Source: Clostridiales bacterium
Lineage (GTDB): Bacteria; Bacillota; Clostridia; Oscillospirales; CAG-272
NCBI GenBank assembly: GCA_022800625.1
Contig: JAAWQR010000005.1
Span: forward strand, 19,333 to 83,332
Length of the DNA stretch: 64,000 nucleotides
Direction: 5' to 3'
Shown here: piece by piece, positions 18,107-27,114 of the stretch
How the letters are laid out: each line of letters begins with the position of its first letter
How positions within the stretch are numbered: the first letter of the stretch is position 1
Notes under the pieces: model-generated
Databases searched by the model: none
What the model was told of the DNA's origin: nothing
The model's input: only the letters and a program-made list of their open reading frames with translations
Position numbers and translations under genes: made by a program

Positions 18107-18769
18107 ATGATAAAAGGCGCAATTTTTGATATCGACGGAACGCTGATTGATTCAATGTTTATCTGGAATGACCTTGGAGTGAAGTATGTTAAAAGTCTCG
18201 GAAAGATTCCCGAAAACAATTTAGGTTATGAGCTTTCGCTTCGCAATATTGACGACGGCTCTGAATATATAAGAGACACATATGCGAGAAATTTTGAGGT
18301 ATCGGTGGTAAAGCAGGGGATACTTAATCTGGTACGTGACTTTTACTATCATGAAGTTAAGCTGAAACCGGGAGTACGAGGATTTTTGACAGCTCTGGCA
18401 GACAGAGGAATAAAGATGACGCTGGCAACAGGCGGAGAGAGAGAGCTTGCCGAAGCCGCTCTTTGCAGGCTTGGTGTGCTTGACATGTTTGACGGAATTT
18501 TTACCTGTAATGAACTGAAGACCACAAAAAACTTACCGCTTATATATAATACGGCAGCAGCTCATATCGGTTGTAAGCCATGTGAGACACTTGTATTTGA
18601 AGATGTTTTGCATGCTGTGCAGACGGCAGGTAATGCAGGATTTATAACAGTTGGTATAGCTGACGAAACAAGTGCTTCAGACAGAGAAGAAATAATAGCA
18701 AATTCCGATTATTATTTAGACGGATATGAGAATTTAGACGGATTCCTTGATTTTATTCTAACGAAATGA
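18107..18769 (+). CDS. HAD-IA family phosphatase (candidate thiamin monophosphate phosphatase by context)
   Basis: Motif I FDIDGTLIDS and motif IV-like VFEDVLHAVQTAGNAG. Embedded in the thi operon. Confidence 0.7.
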   Translation: MIKGAIFDIDGTLIDSMFIWNDLGVKYVKSLGKIPENNLGYELSLRNIDDGSEYIRDTYARNFEVSVVKQGILNLVRDFYYHEVKLKPGVRGFLTALADRGIKMTLATGGERELAEAALCRLGVLDMFDGIFTCNELKTTKNLPLIYNTAAAHIGCKPCETLVFEDVLHAVQTAGNAGFITVGIADETSASDREEIIANSDYYLDGYENLDGFLDFILTK

Positions 18770-18893
18770 ACTTACGCAGACTGCAATTACAGTCATTTGC
18801 CTATGATTGCAGATGAACGGAGTACATCAGCGGCAGACTGGGGGCACCACTATCTGCCGCTATATAAAAGTAATGCAAGTTCTAAATGAAAGG

Positions 18894-19727
18894 ATGGTTT
18901 TTACCTTGAAAACTGCATTAACGATCGCAGGAAGCGATTCCTGCGGAGGCGCCGGTATACAAGCAGACATCAAAACAATGACAATGAACGGTGTCTATGC
19001 GATGAGTGCGATTACAGCACTGACCGCGCAAAATACGACCGGCGTTACGGGAATTTCGGAGGTAACTCCCGATTTCCTCGAAGAACAGCTTGACAGAATA
19101 TTTACAGACATACGTCCTGACGCTGTGAAAATCGGTATGGTATCCGCGACAGCTCTGATTGAGGTCATATCGCGCAAGCTGAGAGAGTATGGGGCACAAA
19201 AAATTGTTCTTGATCCCGTAATGGTGGCAACAAGCGGAGCCGTGCTCATAAGCGGCGATGCTGTAGCTGCACTGAAAAGCGAGCTTTTGCCGATAGCAAC
19301 GCTTGCAACACCGAATATTCCCGAATCTGAGGCACTATCAGGAATAAAAATTTTAAGCGAGACTGATATGTTAAAGGCGGCACAGTTGATCTCGGAGAAA
19401 TACGGATGCGCTGTACTCTGTAAAGGCGGTCACAGCTTAAACGATGCAAACGATCTACTGTGGCAGAACGGAGAATATCGGTGGTTCAGGGTACGCAGGA
19501 TAGAAAACAGCAACACCCACGGAACAGGCTGCACGCTGTCAAGTGCTATTGCTTCAAATTTAGCTAAAGGATTCTCTCTCGAAGAATCGGTAGAGAGAGC
19601 AAAAGAATATATCTCCGGCGCGCTTGGCGCAATGCTTGATCTCGGGCACGGAAGCGGTCCGATGAATCACGCGTTTGACCTAAAAGGAAGATTTGCCGAG
19701 AATCCCGATGATTTTACAAACGCCTAA
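18894..19727 (+). CDS. thiD: Hydroxymethylpyrimidine/phosphomethylpyrimidine kinase
   Basis: LTIAGSDSCGGAGIQADIKT...GTGCTLSSAIA motifs. ATG 18894 (MVFTLKTALTIAG) is preferred over the ORF-track start at 18807. Confidence 0.88.
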   Translation: MVFTLKTALTIAGSDSCGGAGIQADIKTMTMNGVYAMSAITALTAQNTTGVTGISEVTPDFLEEQLDRIFTDIRPDAVKIGMVSATALIEVISRKLREYGAQKIVLDPVMVATSGAVLISGDAVAALKSELLPIATLATPNIPESEALSGIKILSETDMLKAAQLISEKYGCAVLCKGGHSLNDANDLLWQNGEYRWFRVRRIENSNTHGTGCTLSSAIASNLAKGFSLEESVERAKEYISGALGAMLDLGHGSGPMNHAFDLKGRFAENPDDFTNA

Positions 19728-19782
19728 GTTGATTATAAATAGCGTAACATTGCATATACACTGAAAGGATACAATTATAAAT

Positions 19783-21087
19783 ATGAGAAACTATACAACA
19801 CAAATGGACGCTGCGAAGCGCGGTATCATAACACCTGAAATGAAAGCTGTCGCTGAGAAGGAATACAGAACAGAAGAGGAAATCAGAGATTTGGTAGCAA
19901 AAGGGCAGGTTGCTATATGTGCTAATAAGCTGCATGAATGTATAGATCCGAACGGAGTAGGATCAATGCTGAGAACAAAAATCAATGTAAACTTGGGCAT
20001 TTCAAAGGACTGCAAGGATTATGATATTGAAATGCAGAAGGTTATGGCGGCAGTTGATATGGGAGCTGAGGCAATAATGGATCTCTCATCTCATGGAAAT
20101 ACACAGCCGTTCCGCAGAAAGCTGATCTCTGAATGCCCTGCAATGATAGGAACAGTTCCCGTATATGACAGTGTTATACACTATCAGAGAGATTTGGCAA
20201 CTCTTACAGCTAAGGATTTTATAGATGTAGTAAGACTTCATGCAGAGGACGGAGTAGATTTTGTCACACTGCATTGCGGCATCACAAGAAAAACGATTGA
20301 GCAGATAAAGAAGCACAAGAGAAAAATGAATATTGTATCTCGCGGCGGGTCACTTGTTTTTGCTTGGATGAGCATGACGGGTGAGGAGAATCCTTTCTAC
20401 GAGTATTATGATGAAATACTTGAAATTTGCAGAGAATATGACGTTACAATTTCTCTCGGAGACGCATGCCGACCGGGATGCCTTGCAGATGCGAGCGACG
20501 TTTGTCAAATCGAAGAGCTTGTGAGACTCGGCGAGCTGACAAAGCGCGCATGGGAAAAAGATGTTCAGGTTATGGTTGAAGGACCCGGGCACATGCCGCT
20601 TGATCAGATAGAAGCCAACATGAAATTACAGCAGACAATCTGCATGGGTGCACCTTTCTATGTTCTCGGACCGATCGTCACTGATATTGCTCCCGGATAC
20701 GATCATATTACATCGGCTATCGGAGGAGCTATCGCAGCGTCAGCGGGCGCCGCATTCCTGTGCTATGTAACGCCTGCCGAGCATCTCGCGCTTCCGAATG
20801 TTGAGGATGTAAAGCAGGGAATCATCGCGTCACGTATAGCGGCCCATGCTGCGGATATCGCAAAGCATATTCCCCACGCAAGAGATATTGACGATGAGAT
20901 GGCAGATGCAAGACGTACTTTTGACTGGGAGCGTCAGTGGGAGTGCTCGATCGATCCCGAGACAGCAAAGCGCATCCGTGATGAGAGAAAGCCTGAGGTC
21001 GAAGAAAGCTGTTCCATGTGCGGTAAATTCTGTGCGGTAAGAAGCATGAATAAAGCGCTGAACGACGAGTATATAGATATACTGTAA
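19783..21087 (+). CDS. thiC: Phosphomethylpyrimidine synthase (radical SAM)
   Basis: 434 aa. N-terminal [16 protein letters not shown] and C-terminal CSMCGKFC cluster motif. Confidence 0.92.
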   Translation: MRNYTTQMDAAKRGIITPEMKAVAEKEYRTEEEIRDLVAKGQVAICANKLHECIDPNGVGSMLRTKINVNLGISKDCKDYDIEMQKVMAAVDMGAEAIMDLSSHGNTQPFRRKLISECPAMIGTVPVYDSVIHYQRDLATLTAKDFIDVVRLHAEDGVDFVTLHCGITRKTIEQIKKHKRKMNIVSRGGSLVFAWMSMTGEENPFYEYYDEILEICREYDVTISLGDACRPGCLADASDVCQIEELVRLGELTKRAWEKDVQVMVEGPGHMPLDQIEANMKLQQTICMGAPFYVLGPIVTDIAPGYDHITSAIGGAIAASAGAAFLCYVTPAEHLALPNVEDVKQGIIASRIAAHAADIAKHIPHARDIDDEMADARRTFDWERQWECSIDPETAKRIRDERKPEVEESCSMCGKFCAVRSMNKALNDEYIDIL

Positions 21088-21102
21088 CAATATAAAACAA
21101 TG

Positions 21103-21135
21103 AAAATGCTCAGACTTTTAAGTCTGAGCATTTTT
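21103..21135. terminator. Bidirectional intrinsic terminator between thiC and murE
   Basis: AAAATGCTCAGACT-TTTA-AGTCTGAGCATTTT, with A-tract and T-tract flanks. Confidence 0.8.
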
Positions 21136-21148
21136 GTATATATTTGAT

Positions 21149-22645
21149 TTATTCCCCATGAGCGGCGCTTTGAAGCATAATTGTTCTGCATTCATCGCGA
21201 ATGATCTCCCGCTCGGAAAACGGCACTTTTTCTCCGCGAATCAGCTGATATCTTTCGTGACCTTTTCCGGCGAAAAGCACGATATCGTTTTGTTCAGCCA
21301 TCTGAACTGCCCGCCTTACCGCGTCCTCGCGGTCAATTATAACCTCATACGGCGTTGATTTGTCGTAATGTTCAAGTATTTCGTCGGTTATATCAGACGG
21401 AGCTTCAAAGTCGGGATTGTCGCTTGTTATTATCGAATAATCGGCAAGCGCAGAAGAAGCTTCCGCAAGCTCGCGGCGTCTGTTTTTCGTCCTGCCTCCG
21501 ACAGAGCCGAAAACGCATATCAGCCTTTCCGGCTCATATTTTCTGAGTACGGTAAGCGCGCTTGTCAGGCTTAGTCCGTTATGAGCATAATCAATGATGA
21601 AGGTTCTGCCGGGGATTCCGTCTACTACCTCAAATCTGCCTGTGACAGAGGTCAGAGCAAGAATATCGGCAGCATCTTTTACGCTCACACCGTAGTAGGA
21701 GCATGCGGCAATAGCTGCAAGGCCGTTACATACGCTGAACTCTCCCGGATTTCGCATCTGAACTCTTGTAGTTCTGCCTGCATTTGAGCAGTTAAAGAAT
21801 ATTCCGAGCGAGGTTTCGTCTCGATAGGGCATCGGTGAGGTCCCGACAAAATCGGCGTTTTCGTCTTTTGTAGAAAAAACGAGGGCAGGGCAGGATATTC
21901 CGTCCTTCATAAAGGATGCGGCATCGTCATCCTCATTAAATATTGCAAGCCTGCAGCCGTAATCCGTAAACAGCTTTTTCTTAGCGGCGCGGTATTCTTC
22001 AAATGAAGCGTGCTCGCCCTCTCCGATGTGATCGGGCGAAAGATTTGTAAATATGCAAACGTCGAAGCTTATTCCCTGAACTCTGTTGTGATTGAGCGCT
22101 TGAGACGATACCTCGATTACCGCGTGAGTTACGCCTTCCGACAGCATTATGCTGAAATAATGCTGAAGCTCACGGCTTTCGGGAGTTGTATTTACTGTTT
22201 CCACATGCTTGCCGTTTATTATAACTCCGTTTGATCCTATGTAAGCGCAGGGAATACCGCTTTTTTCAAGTATAGACTGAATCAGCAGGGAGGTAGTTGT
22301 CTTTCCCTTCGTTCCCGTGATTCCGATGATATGGAGCTTTTCGGCGGGATATCCGTAAAACGCGGCGGAAATTTCAGCAAGCGCGCTTCTTGTATCAGGA
22401 GTTGCCGCCTGAAACGCATTTGAGGGAAGATCGAGAGGTCGCTCACATAAAAATGCTCGGCAGCCAGCTCTGTATGCCGCGGCAGCAAAGTCATGACCGT
22501 CCGCACGGGCGCCGGGCAGACAGACAAAAAGCTCGCCTTCATTTATGAGACGTGAGTTGTATTCGATGCGGTCGACTTCACATGCGTCAGCGTTGCCGCA
22601 GAGTACTGTGTATTCGATATTTTTAAATAATTCTGAAAGCTTCAT
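21149..22645 (-). CDS. murE: UDP-MurNAc-L-Ala-D-Glu:diamino-acid ligase MurE (non-DAP type signature)
   Basis: GITGTKGKTT P-loop and Mur ligase architecture. The specificity tetrad reads DNPD (nt 21410-21421) rather than the DNPR of meso-DAP-adding enzymes. Confidence 0.88.
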   Translation of the reverse strand: MKLSELFKNIEYTVLCGNADACEVDRIEYNSRLINEGELFVCLPGARADGHDFAAAAYRAGCRAFLCERPLDLPSNAFQAATPDTRSALAEISAAFYGYPAEKLHIIGITGTKGKTTTSLLIQSILEKSGIPCAYIGSNGVIINGKHVETVNTTPESRELQHYFSIMLSEGVTHAVIEVSSQALNHNRVQGISFDVCIFTNLSPDHIGEGEHASFEEYRAAKKKLFTDYGCRLAIFNEDDDAASFMKDGISCPALVFSTKDENADFVGTSPMPYRDETSLGIFFNCSNAGRTTRVQMRNPGEFSVCNGLAAIAACSYYGVSVKDAADILALTSVTGRFEVVDGIPGRTFIIDYAHNGLSLTSALTVLRKYEPERLICVFGSVGGRTKNRRRELAEASSALADYSIITSDNPDFEAPSDITDEILEHYDKSTPYEVIIDREDAVRRAVQMAEQNDIVLFAGKGHERYQLIRGEKVPFSEREIIRDECRTIMLQSAAHGE

Positions 22646-22707
22646 AAAGGATGACCAACCTTTCCCTGATCGCTTGTGATCTGTAAGGTAAAACGTGCTT
22701 TTAGCTT

Positions 22708-23481
22708 TTATTTTTTCGCTGCGATAAGATTTGATGCTGTTTCTTCAGCCTTAAAATCAGGTGTAAAGCCTGCGGGAGTGTGTCCGAACAGCCTGATAGC
22801 ACACCATGCCAAAACCTCAAGCGAATCTACAAATCTTGTATCCTGAGGAAAGCCGCTTTTCAGTACTGAAAGTTCGGTGCAGCCGAGTATTGCGCATTCA
22901 CAACCCGATTCAAACATCGGATAAGCGACGGAGTACAGCTTTTCGGGAGGAGAAACGAGTCCTTTTTTTACATCGCCGTAAATTATATCGGTTATTATCT
23001 CCTGAGCGTCTCGATTCGGGATCTCCCAAGCAATACCTTCTTTTTCAAGCTCCTTTTGATATGAACCTGATGAAACAGTCCCCTCTGTTGCTAAAATGCA
23101 CGATTTTTTGTATCCGCATCTTTTAATATGCGCAACGGTTTCCGATATGATGCTCGGAACGGGGACGGAAACGGCACGGCGTACCTCTTCTATGAAATAG
23201 TGCGCGGTATTGCACGGTATTACGATTGCGTCAGCTCCGTATTTTTCAAGAAGCTTTGCGTCCTCGATCATGTACGGAAGAGGATCTTCATCGCTTTTTC
23301 CGAGTATAAAATCAGTTCTGTCAGGAGTAGTTGCACGGCTTGATAAAATTATGTCAATATGCTCCTGATCACGCGCTGCCGCCGTTCGTTTTGTGATTAG
23401 TTCGTAGAAGTATGCGCTTGACAGCGGTCCGAGACCGCCGAGTATTCCGAGAATCGAGCGGTTTTTTCCGATTTGGTGCAT
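22708..23481 (-). CDS. Aspartate/glutamate racemase family protein (probable aspartate racemase)
   Basis: Two catalytic-Cys motifs, IPCNTAH and LGCTELS. N-terminal GILGGLGP. Confidence 0.8.
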   Translation of the reverse strand: MHQIGKNRSILGILGGLGPLSSAYFYELITKRTAAARDQEHIDIILSSRATTPDRTDFILGKSDEDPLPYMIEDAKLLEKYGADAIVIPCNTAHYFIEEVRRAVSVPVPSIISETVAHIKRCGYKKSCILATEGTVSSGSYQKELEKEGIAWEIPNRDAQEIITDIIYGDVKKGLVSPPEKLYSVAYPMFESGCECAILGCTELSVLKSGFPQDTRFVDSLEVLAWCAIRLFGHTPAGFTPDFKAEETASNLIAAKK

Positions 23482-23500
23482 CTCGCCGTCCTCCTTTTTG

Positions 23501-24733
23501 TTATTTGTTTACAGGATAATATATCTTGAATTTTTTCTTTTGCCGTCTCAGTTGCTCTGCCGCGCAGAGGAATCGCATCGGATTTGTCCTGAAATCGTGC
23601 TTATACCAAACGGATGAGGCGTGCTTGCCTTCTTTTGCAAGTTTTTTTGCAGTCTCGACAAGCTCTTTGTCTTCTGTATATTTATATGCGACGGAACGCG
23701 GTACATGATGCCAGAAAAATTTCTTTTCGCATTTTTCAAGAGAATCTCCGCCGTCAGTGTAAACTTCTGCGGCAAGACGTGCAATATTCATCCCTGCTGC
23801 TGTTACGTAATAGTTGCTTCTGCCCTGTCTCAGATTTATCTCAAAAACTCTGAAGTCATTTTTTGTTCCGGGGCGGAGCTTGATATCAAAGTTTGAAAAT
23901 CCCGTGTATCCGAGAGCCTCAAGCATTGCTTTCAGCTTTTCCGCAAGCGGGAATCCTGATACAGGCTCTGTCACTATCGCAGCATGGTTGCCGAGTCCGT
24001 GCGGCGTGTGCTCCTCAAGCATCGTATGACCGAGACACATTGCACGGACGCGTCCTTTTTCATCGGAAAAAGCAGTAAAAACGCGCATCTGTGAATCGCC
24101 GCCCTCGATGAATTCCTGCATAACTATCTTATCATCGTAGCCTGAAGCATAAATTTCTTTTATTATTTTTTCGGATTCTTCGGGATCCGCTGAAGTGTAG
24201 ACTTTTTTCATGCTGTCAAACGGGTGCTTCCAATAAGCAACGCTGGAAGATGGCTTTATAATTATCGGATATTTAAAGCCGAGATTGTTTTCCGTAAGCT
24301 CAGAGGCTTTCATTTCCCTGTCCGTAATGTATGTGTCCGGATACGGAATATCATATTTGTCGCACAGCTCGTAAAATTCAGCCTTTTTTGAAATAATCGG
24401 CTGAAGAGCGGCATCGGGATAAGGAATAATGTACTCAGGCAGCTTGCTGCGGCATCTTGCAATAAGTGTAGCATAGTCGTCCGTGCAGCCGAAGAGTACC
24501 AGCTTTTCGCCTTTATGAGACTTAGCAAAATCCGTGAGTGTTTTAAGCATTACAGGCTCAGAATCGATATCGGTAATCTGCGTGAAATTTATAAGCTTTG
24601 AGTATTTGGTGGCAGAAACAGGATATCTGCCGAAAGCATATGAGTGAACGCCGTACTGCTCATGAAAAGCTCTTGCAACATTGTAGCAGTTAAGGTCAGC
24701 TCCGAGAAGCACGGGGGTGATATTTGTATTCAT
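23501..24733 (-). CDS. ATP-grasp carboxylate-amine ligase (candidate D-aspartate ligase)
   Basis: About 410 aa ATP-grasp protein. I prefer ATG 24733 (MNTNITPVLLGADLNCYN) after GGAAAGGA. Lies between the racemase and asnB. Confidence 0.65.
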   Translation of the reverse strand: MNTNITPVLLGADLNCYNVARAFHEQYGVHSYAFGRYPVSATKYSKLINFTQITDIDSEPVMLKTLTDFAKSHKGEKLVLFGCTDDYATLIARCRSKLPEYIIPYPDAALQPIISKKAEFYELCDKYDIPYPDTYITDREMKASELTENNLGFKYPIIIKPSSSVAYWKHPFDSMKKVYTSADPEESEKIIKEIYASGYDDKIVMQEFIEGGDSQMRVFTAFSDEKGRVRAMCLGHTMLEEHTPHGLGNHAAIVTEPVSGFPLAEKLKAMLEALGYTGFSNFDIKLRPGTKNDFRVFEINLRQGRSNYYVTAAGMNIARLAAEVYTDGGDSLEKCEKKFFWHHVPRSVAYKYTEDKELVETAKKLAKEGKHASSVWYKHDFRTNPMRFLCAAEQLRRQKKKFKIYYPVNK

Positions 24734-24762
24734 ATTGATAATTCCTTTCCGAGGGGTTAAGT

Positions 24763-26607
24763 TCAAATTCCGAAGAATTGTTTATGCCATGTGAGGAAGG
24801 TATATGCGGTCCAAATCTTTCGTCCGTTGTTGGCGCGTCCCTCTTTATGGTCGTCAAGCAGAGAAACAAGGCGCTGTGCGTCAAAGTATTCAGCGGCGGT
24901 ATCAGAAGTAAAAGCGTCTTTTACAATTCCGTAGTATTTGTCCTCGCGAAGCCAATTGCGTATCGGAACAGGGAAGCCCTTTTTAGGTCTGTTCGCCCAT
25001 TCATCGGGGAGTGTTCTGTTTGAGGCCGCTCTGAGAACTGCCTTGGTGTTCTCACCGTTTATTTTGTATCCTGTAGGTATAGCGGAAGCTTCTCTCATGA
25101 CTTCGCGGTCGAGATACGGAACTCTCAGTTCAAGCGAATGAGCCATGCTCATTTTATCAGCCTTCAGAAGAATGTCGCCTGGAAGCCAAAGATTCAGGTC
25201 AAGATACTGCTTCTTTTCGACCTCGGAAAGTCCTTTTGTTCTCTCATAAATCGGGCGAGTAATGTCGTCGATTGACGGACCGTTTTTATACTTTCCGCGC
25301 AGCACATCAAGCGCTTCTTTTTCGGGGAATACAAGCGCCTGACCGATAAAGTAATTTTCAGGAACGCCGCTTCCGCGGATAATAAAATCATGTCCCTTGA
25401 AGTACGGAAGAGCGGATGAAGCCGACGCGGCAAGACGTCTCAGCGGAGAGGGGACTTTTTTATATTTTCTCATGAGCGGTGATTCGTCATACCATTCGTA
25501 CCCTGCGTAAATTTCGTCGGCACCCTCGCCCGACAGTACTACCGTAACGTGCTCGGATGCGAGCTTAGCAAGGAAGTACAGCGGAACGGACGACGGATTC
25601 GACTGCGGCTCATCCATATGGTACTGAATTGTGGGAAAAGCCCTAAAGCATTCTTCGGCTGTCAGGTGACGCATGTGATTTTTTATTCCGAGTATATCCG
25701 AGAGAGCCTCAGCTTCGCTCGTTTCATCAAACCGTTCGGCGTTAAATCCGACAGAGAAAGTGTCGTTCGGCATAAGAGCCGCCGTGATGTAGCTTGAGTC
25801 TACACCTCCCGATAGGAAAGAGCCGACTTTAACATCGCTTATACGGTGAGCGGCTACCGATTCTCTGACGCGTGAGTCGATAAGATCTGCGCATTCGTCA
25901 AACGAATACGAGGCTTTTTCTCCGAAATTTACGTCCCAGTAGCGCCCTATATTCATTTTTCCGTCTTTGTATGTGAAAGAATGCGCCGCGGGCAGCTTGA
26001 ATACTCCCTTGAAGAATGTTTCCTCAGTAGCTGAGTACTGGAATGTAAGATACGGTCTGATCGCGTCGGGATTTACTTCCGGTTTAAAGTCAGGATGTTC
26101 AAGGAAGCTTTTAATCTCCGAGCCGAAGAGCAGAGAGCCGTTCTTTGTTACCGTGTAGTAAAAAGGCTTTATACCGAACGGATCACGCGCACCGAATAGA
26201 GTGCGAGTTTTTTTATCCCAAATCACAAAGGCAAACATGCCGCGCAAATGCTCAGTAATCTTTTCGCCGAATTCTTCATAGCCGTGGATTATCGTTTCCG
26301 TGTCGCATTTTGTTTTGAATACGTGACCGCGTGCGATAAGCTTATCGCGAAGGGACATAAAATTATAGATCTCGCCGTTAAAGACGATGACTACAGTTCC
26401 GTCCTCATTGTACATCGGCTGAGCGCCGTCCGACAGGTCTATGATGCTGAGCCTGCGGAAGCCGAGGGTTACGGTGTCGGGCGAGAGTGATTCATCAAGA
26501 AAATATCCTTCAGAATCAGGTCCTCGGTGTATTATACGATCCGCCATTTTGCGGATAACTTCTTTTCTGTGTTCTGTTTCTCCTGTAAAGCCGATAAAGC
26601 CGCACAT
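24763..26607 (-). CDS. asnB: Asparagine synthase (glutamine-hydrolysing)
   Basis: N-terminal MCGFIGF Ntn-Cys and SGGVDSS PP-loop. 614 aa. Confidence 0.9.
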   Translation of the reverse strand: MCGFIGFTGETEHRKEVIRKMADRIIHRGPDSEGYFLDESLSPDTVTLGFRRLSIIDLSDGAQPMYNEDGTVVIVFNGEIYNFMSLRDKLIARGHVFKTKCDTETIIHGYEEFGEKITEHLRGMFAFVIWDKKTRTLFGARDPFGIKPFYYTVTKNGSLLFGSEIKSFLEHPDFKPEVNPDAIRPYLTFQYSATEETFFKGVFKLPAAHSFTYKDGKMNIGRYWDVNFGEKASYSFDECADLIDSRVRESVAAHRISDVKVGSFLSGGVDSSYITAALMPNDTFSVGFNAERFDETSEAEALSDILGIKNHMRHLTAEECFRAFPTIQYHMDEPQSNPSSVPLYFLAKLASEHVTVVLSGEGADEIYAGYEWYDESPLMRKYKKVPSPLRRLAASASSALPYFKGHDFIIRGSGVPENYFIGQALVFPEKEALDVLRGKYKNGPSIDDITRPIYERTKGLSEVEKKQYLDLNLWLPGDILLKADKMSMAHSLELRVPYLDREVMREASAIPTGYKINGENTKAVLRAASNRTLPDEWANRPKKGFPVPIRNWLREDKYYGIVKDAFTSDTAAEYFDAQRLVSLLDDHKEGRANNGRKIWTAYTFLTWHKQFFGI

Positions 26608-26812
26608 AGTTTATATAAACTCCGTTCTGCCGCAAGTCGGCGGCACAAATTGATTTTCCTTCATACATGTTTATGGTATGACCTTATTTATTATATCATG
26701 ATTTTTTCCTTAAAGCCGCCTATGGCGGCATAAAATAGAAAAATCAGTCACGGGTAAAAATTTCATTACATGTTGCCGTGCCGCGTAAGCGGCACTTTGG
26801 CATTCACTGTTT

Positions 26813-26882
26813 TTATTATATCACATTCGGTCCCATAAATAAATACGTAGGATTGATTTTTTGCTTCAATATGTGATATGTG
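26813..26882. repeat. Copy A of a ~70-bp repeat carrying a minus-strand promoter and ATATGTG-ATATGTG tandem heptamer
   Basis: Hand alignment with 29003..29070 gives 51/70 identical positions. TTATTATATC and AATATGTGATATGTG are perfectly conserved. Reverse complement gives TGTGATATAATAA (extended -10) facing asnB. Confidence 0.6.
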
Positions 26883-26910
26883 AGCGCAATTTCATTGTGT
26901 AACTATGTTT

Positions 26911-26939
26911 TTGCAAAATAATAGAAGATATGTTATAAT
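26911..26939 (+). promoter_or_regulatory. Sigma-A type promoter upstream of the S41-like gene
   Basis: TTGCAA, 17 nt, TATAAT with TG at -15/-14 (TGTTATAAT). Confidence 0.6.
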
Positions 26940-27114
26940 AGAGCATAAGCAGAGTTGAAAAATATTTAGGCTTTAAAATAAAAGCTATGACAGATGCAAG
27001 TTGTCTGTATAGATGATCTGGTATCGTTTGACATTATCTAATGCTTTAAATTGTACAAATAATTTTGGAGAACAGGCTTTCTATCAAACTAAAATTTTTA
27101 TATAAAGGGAGAGA

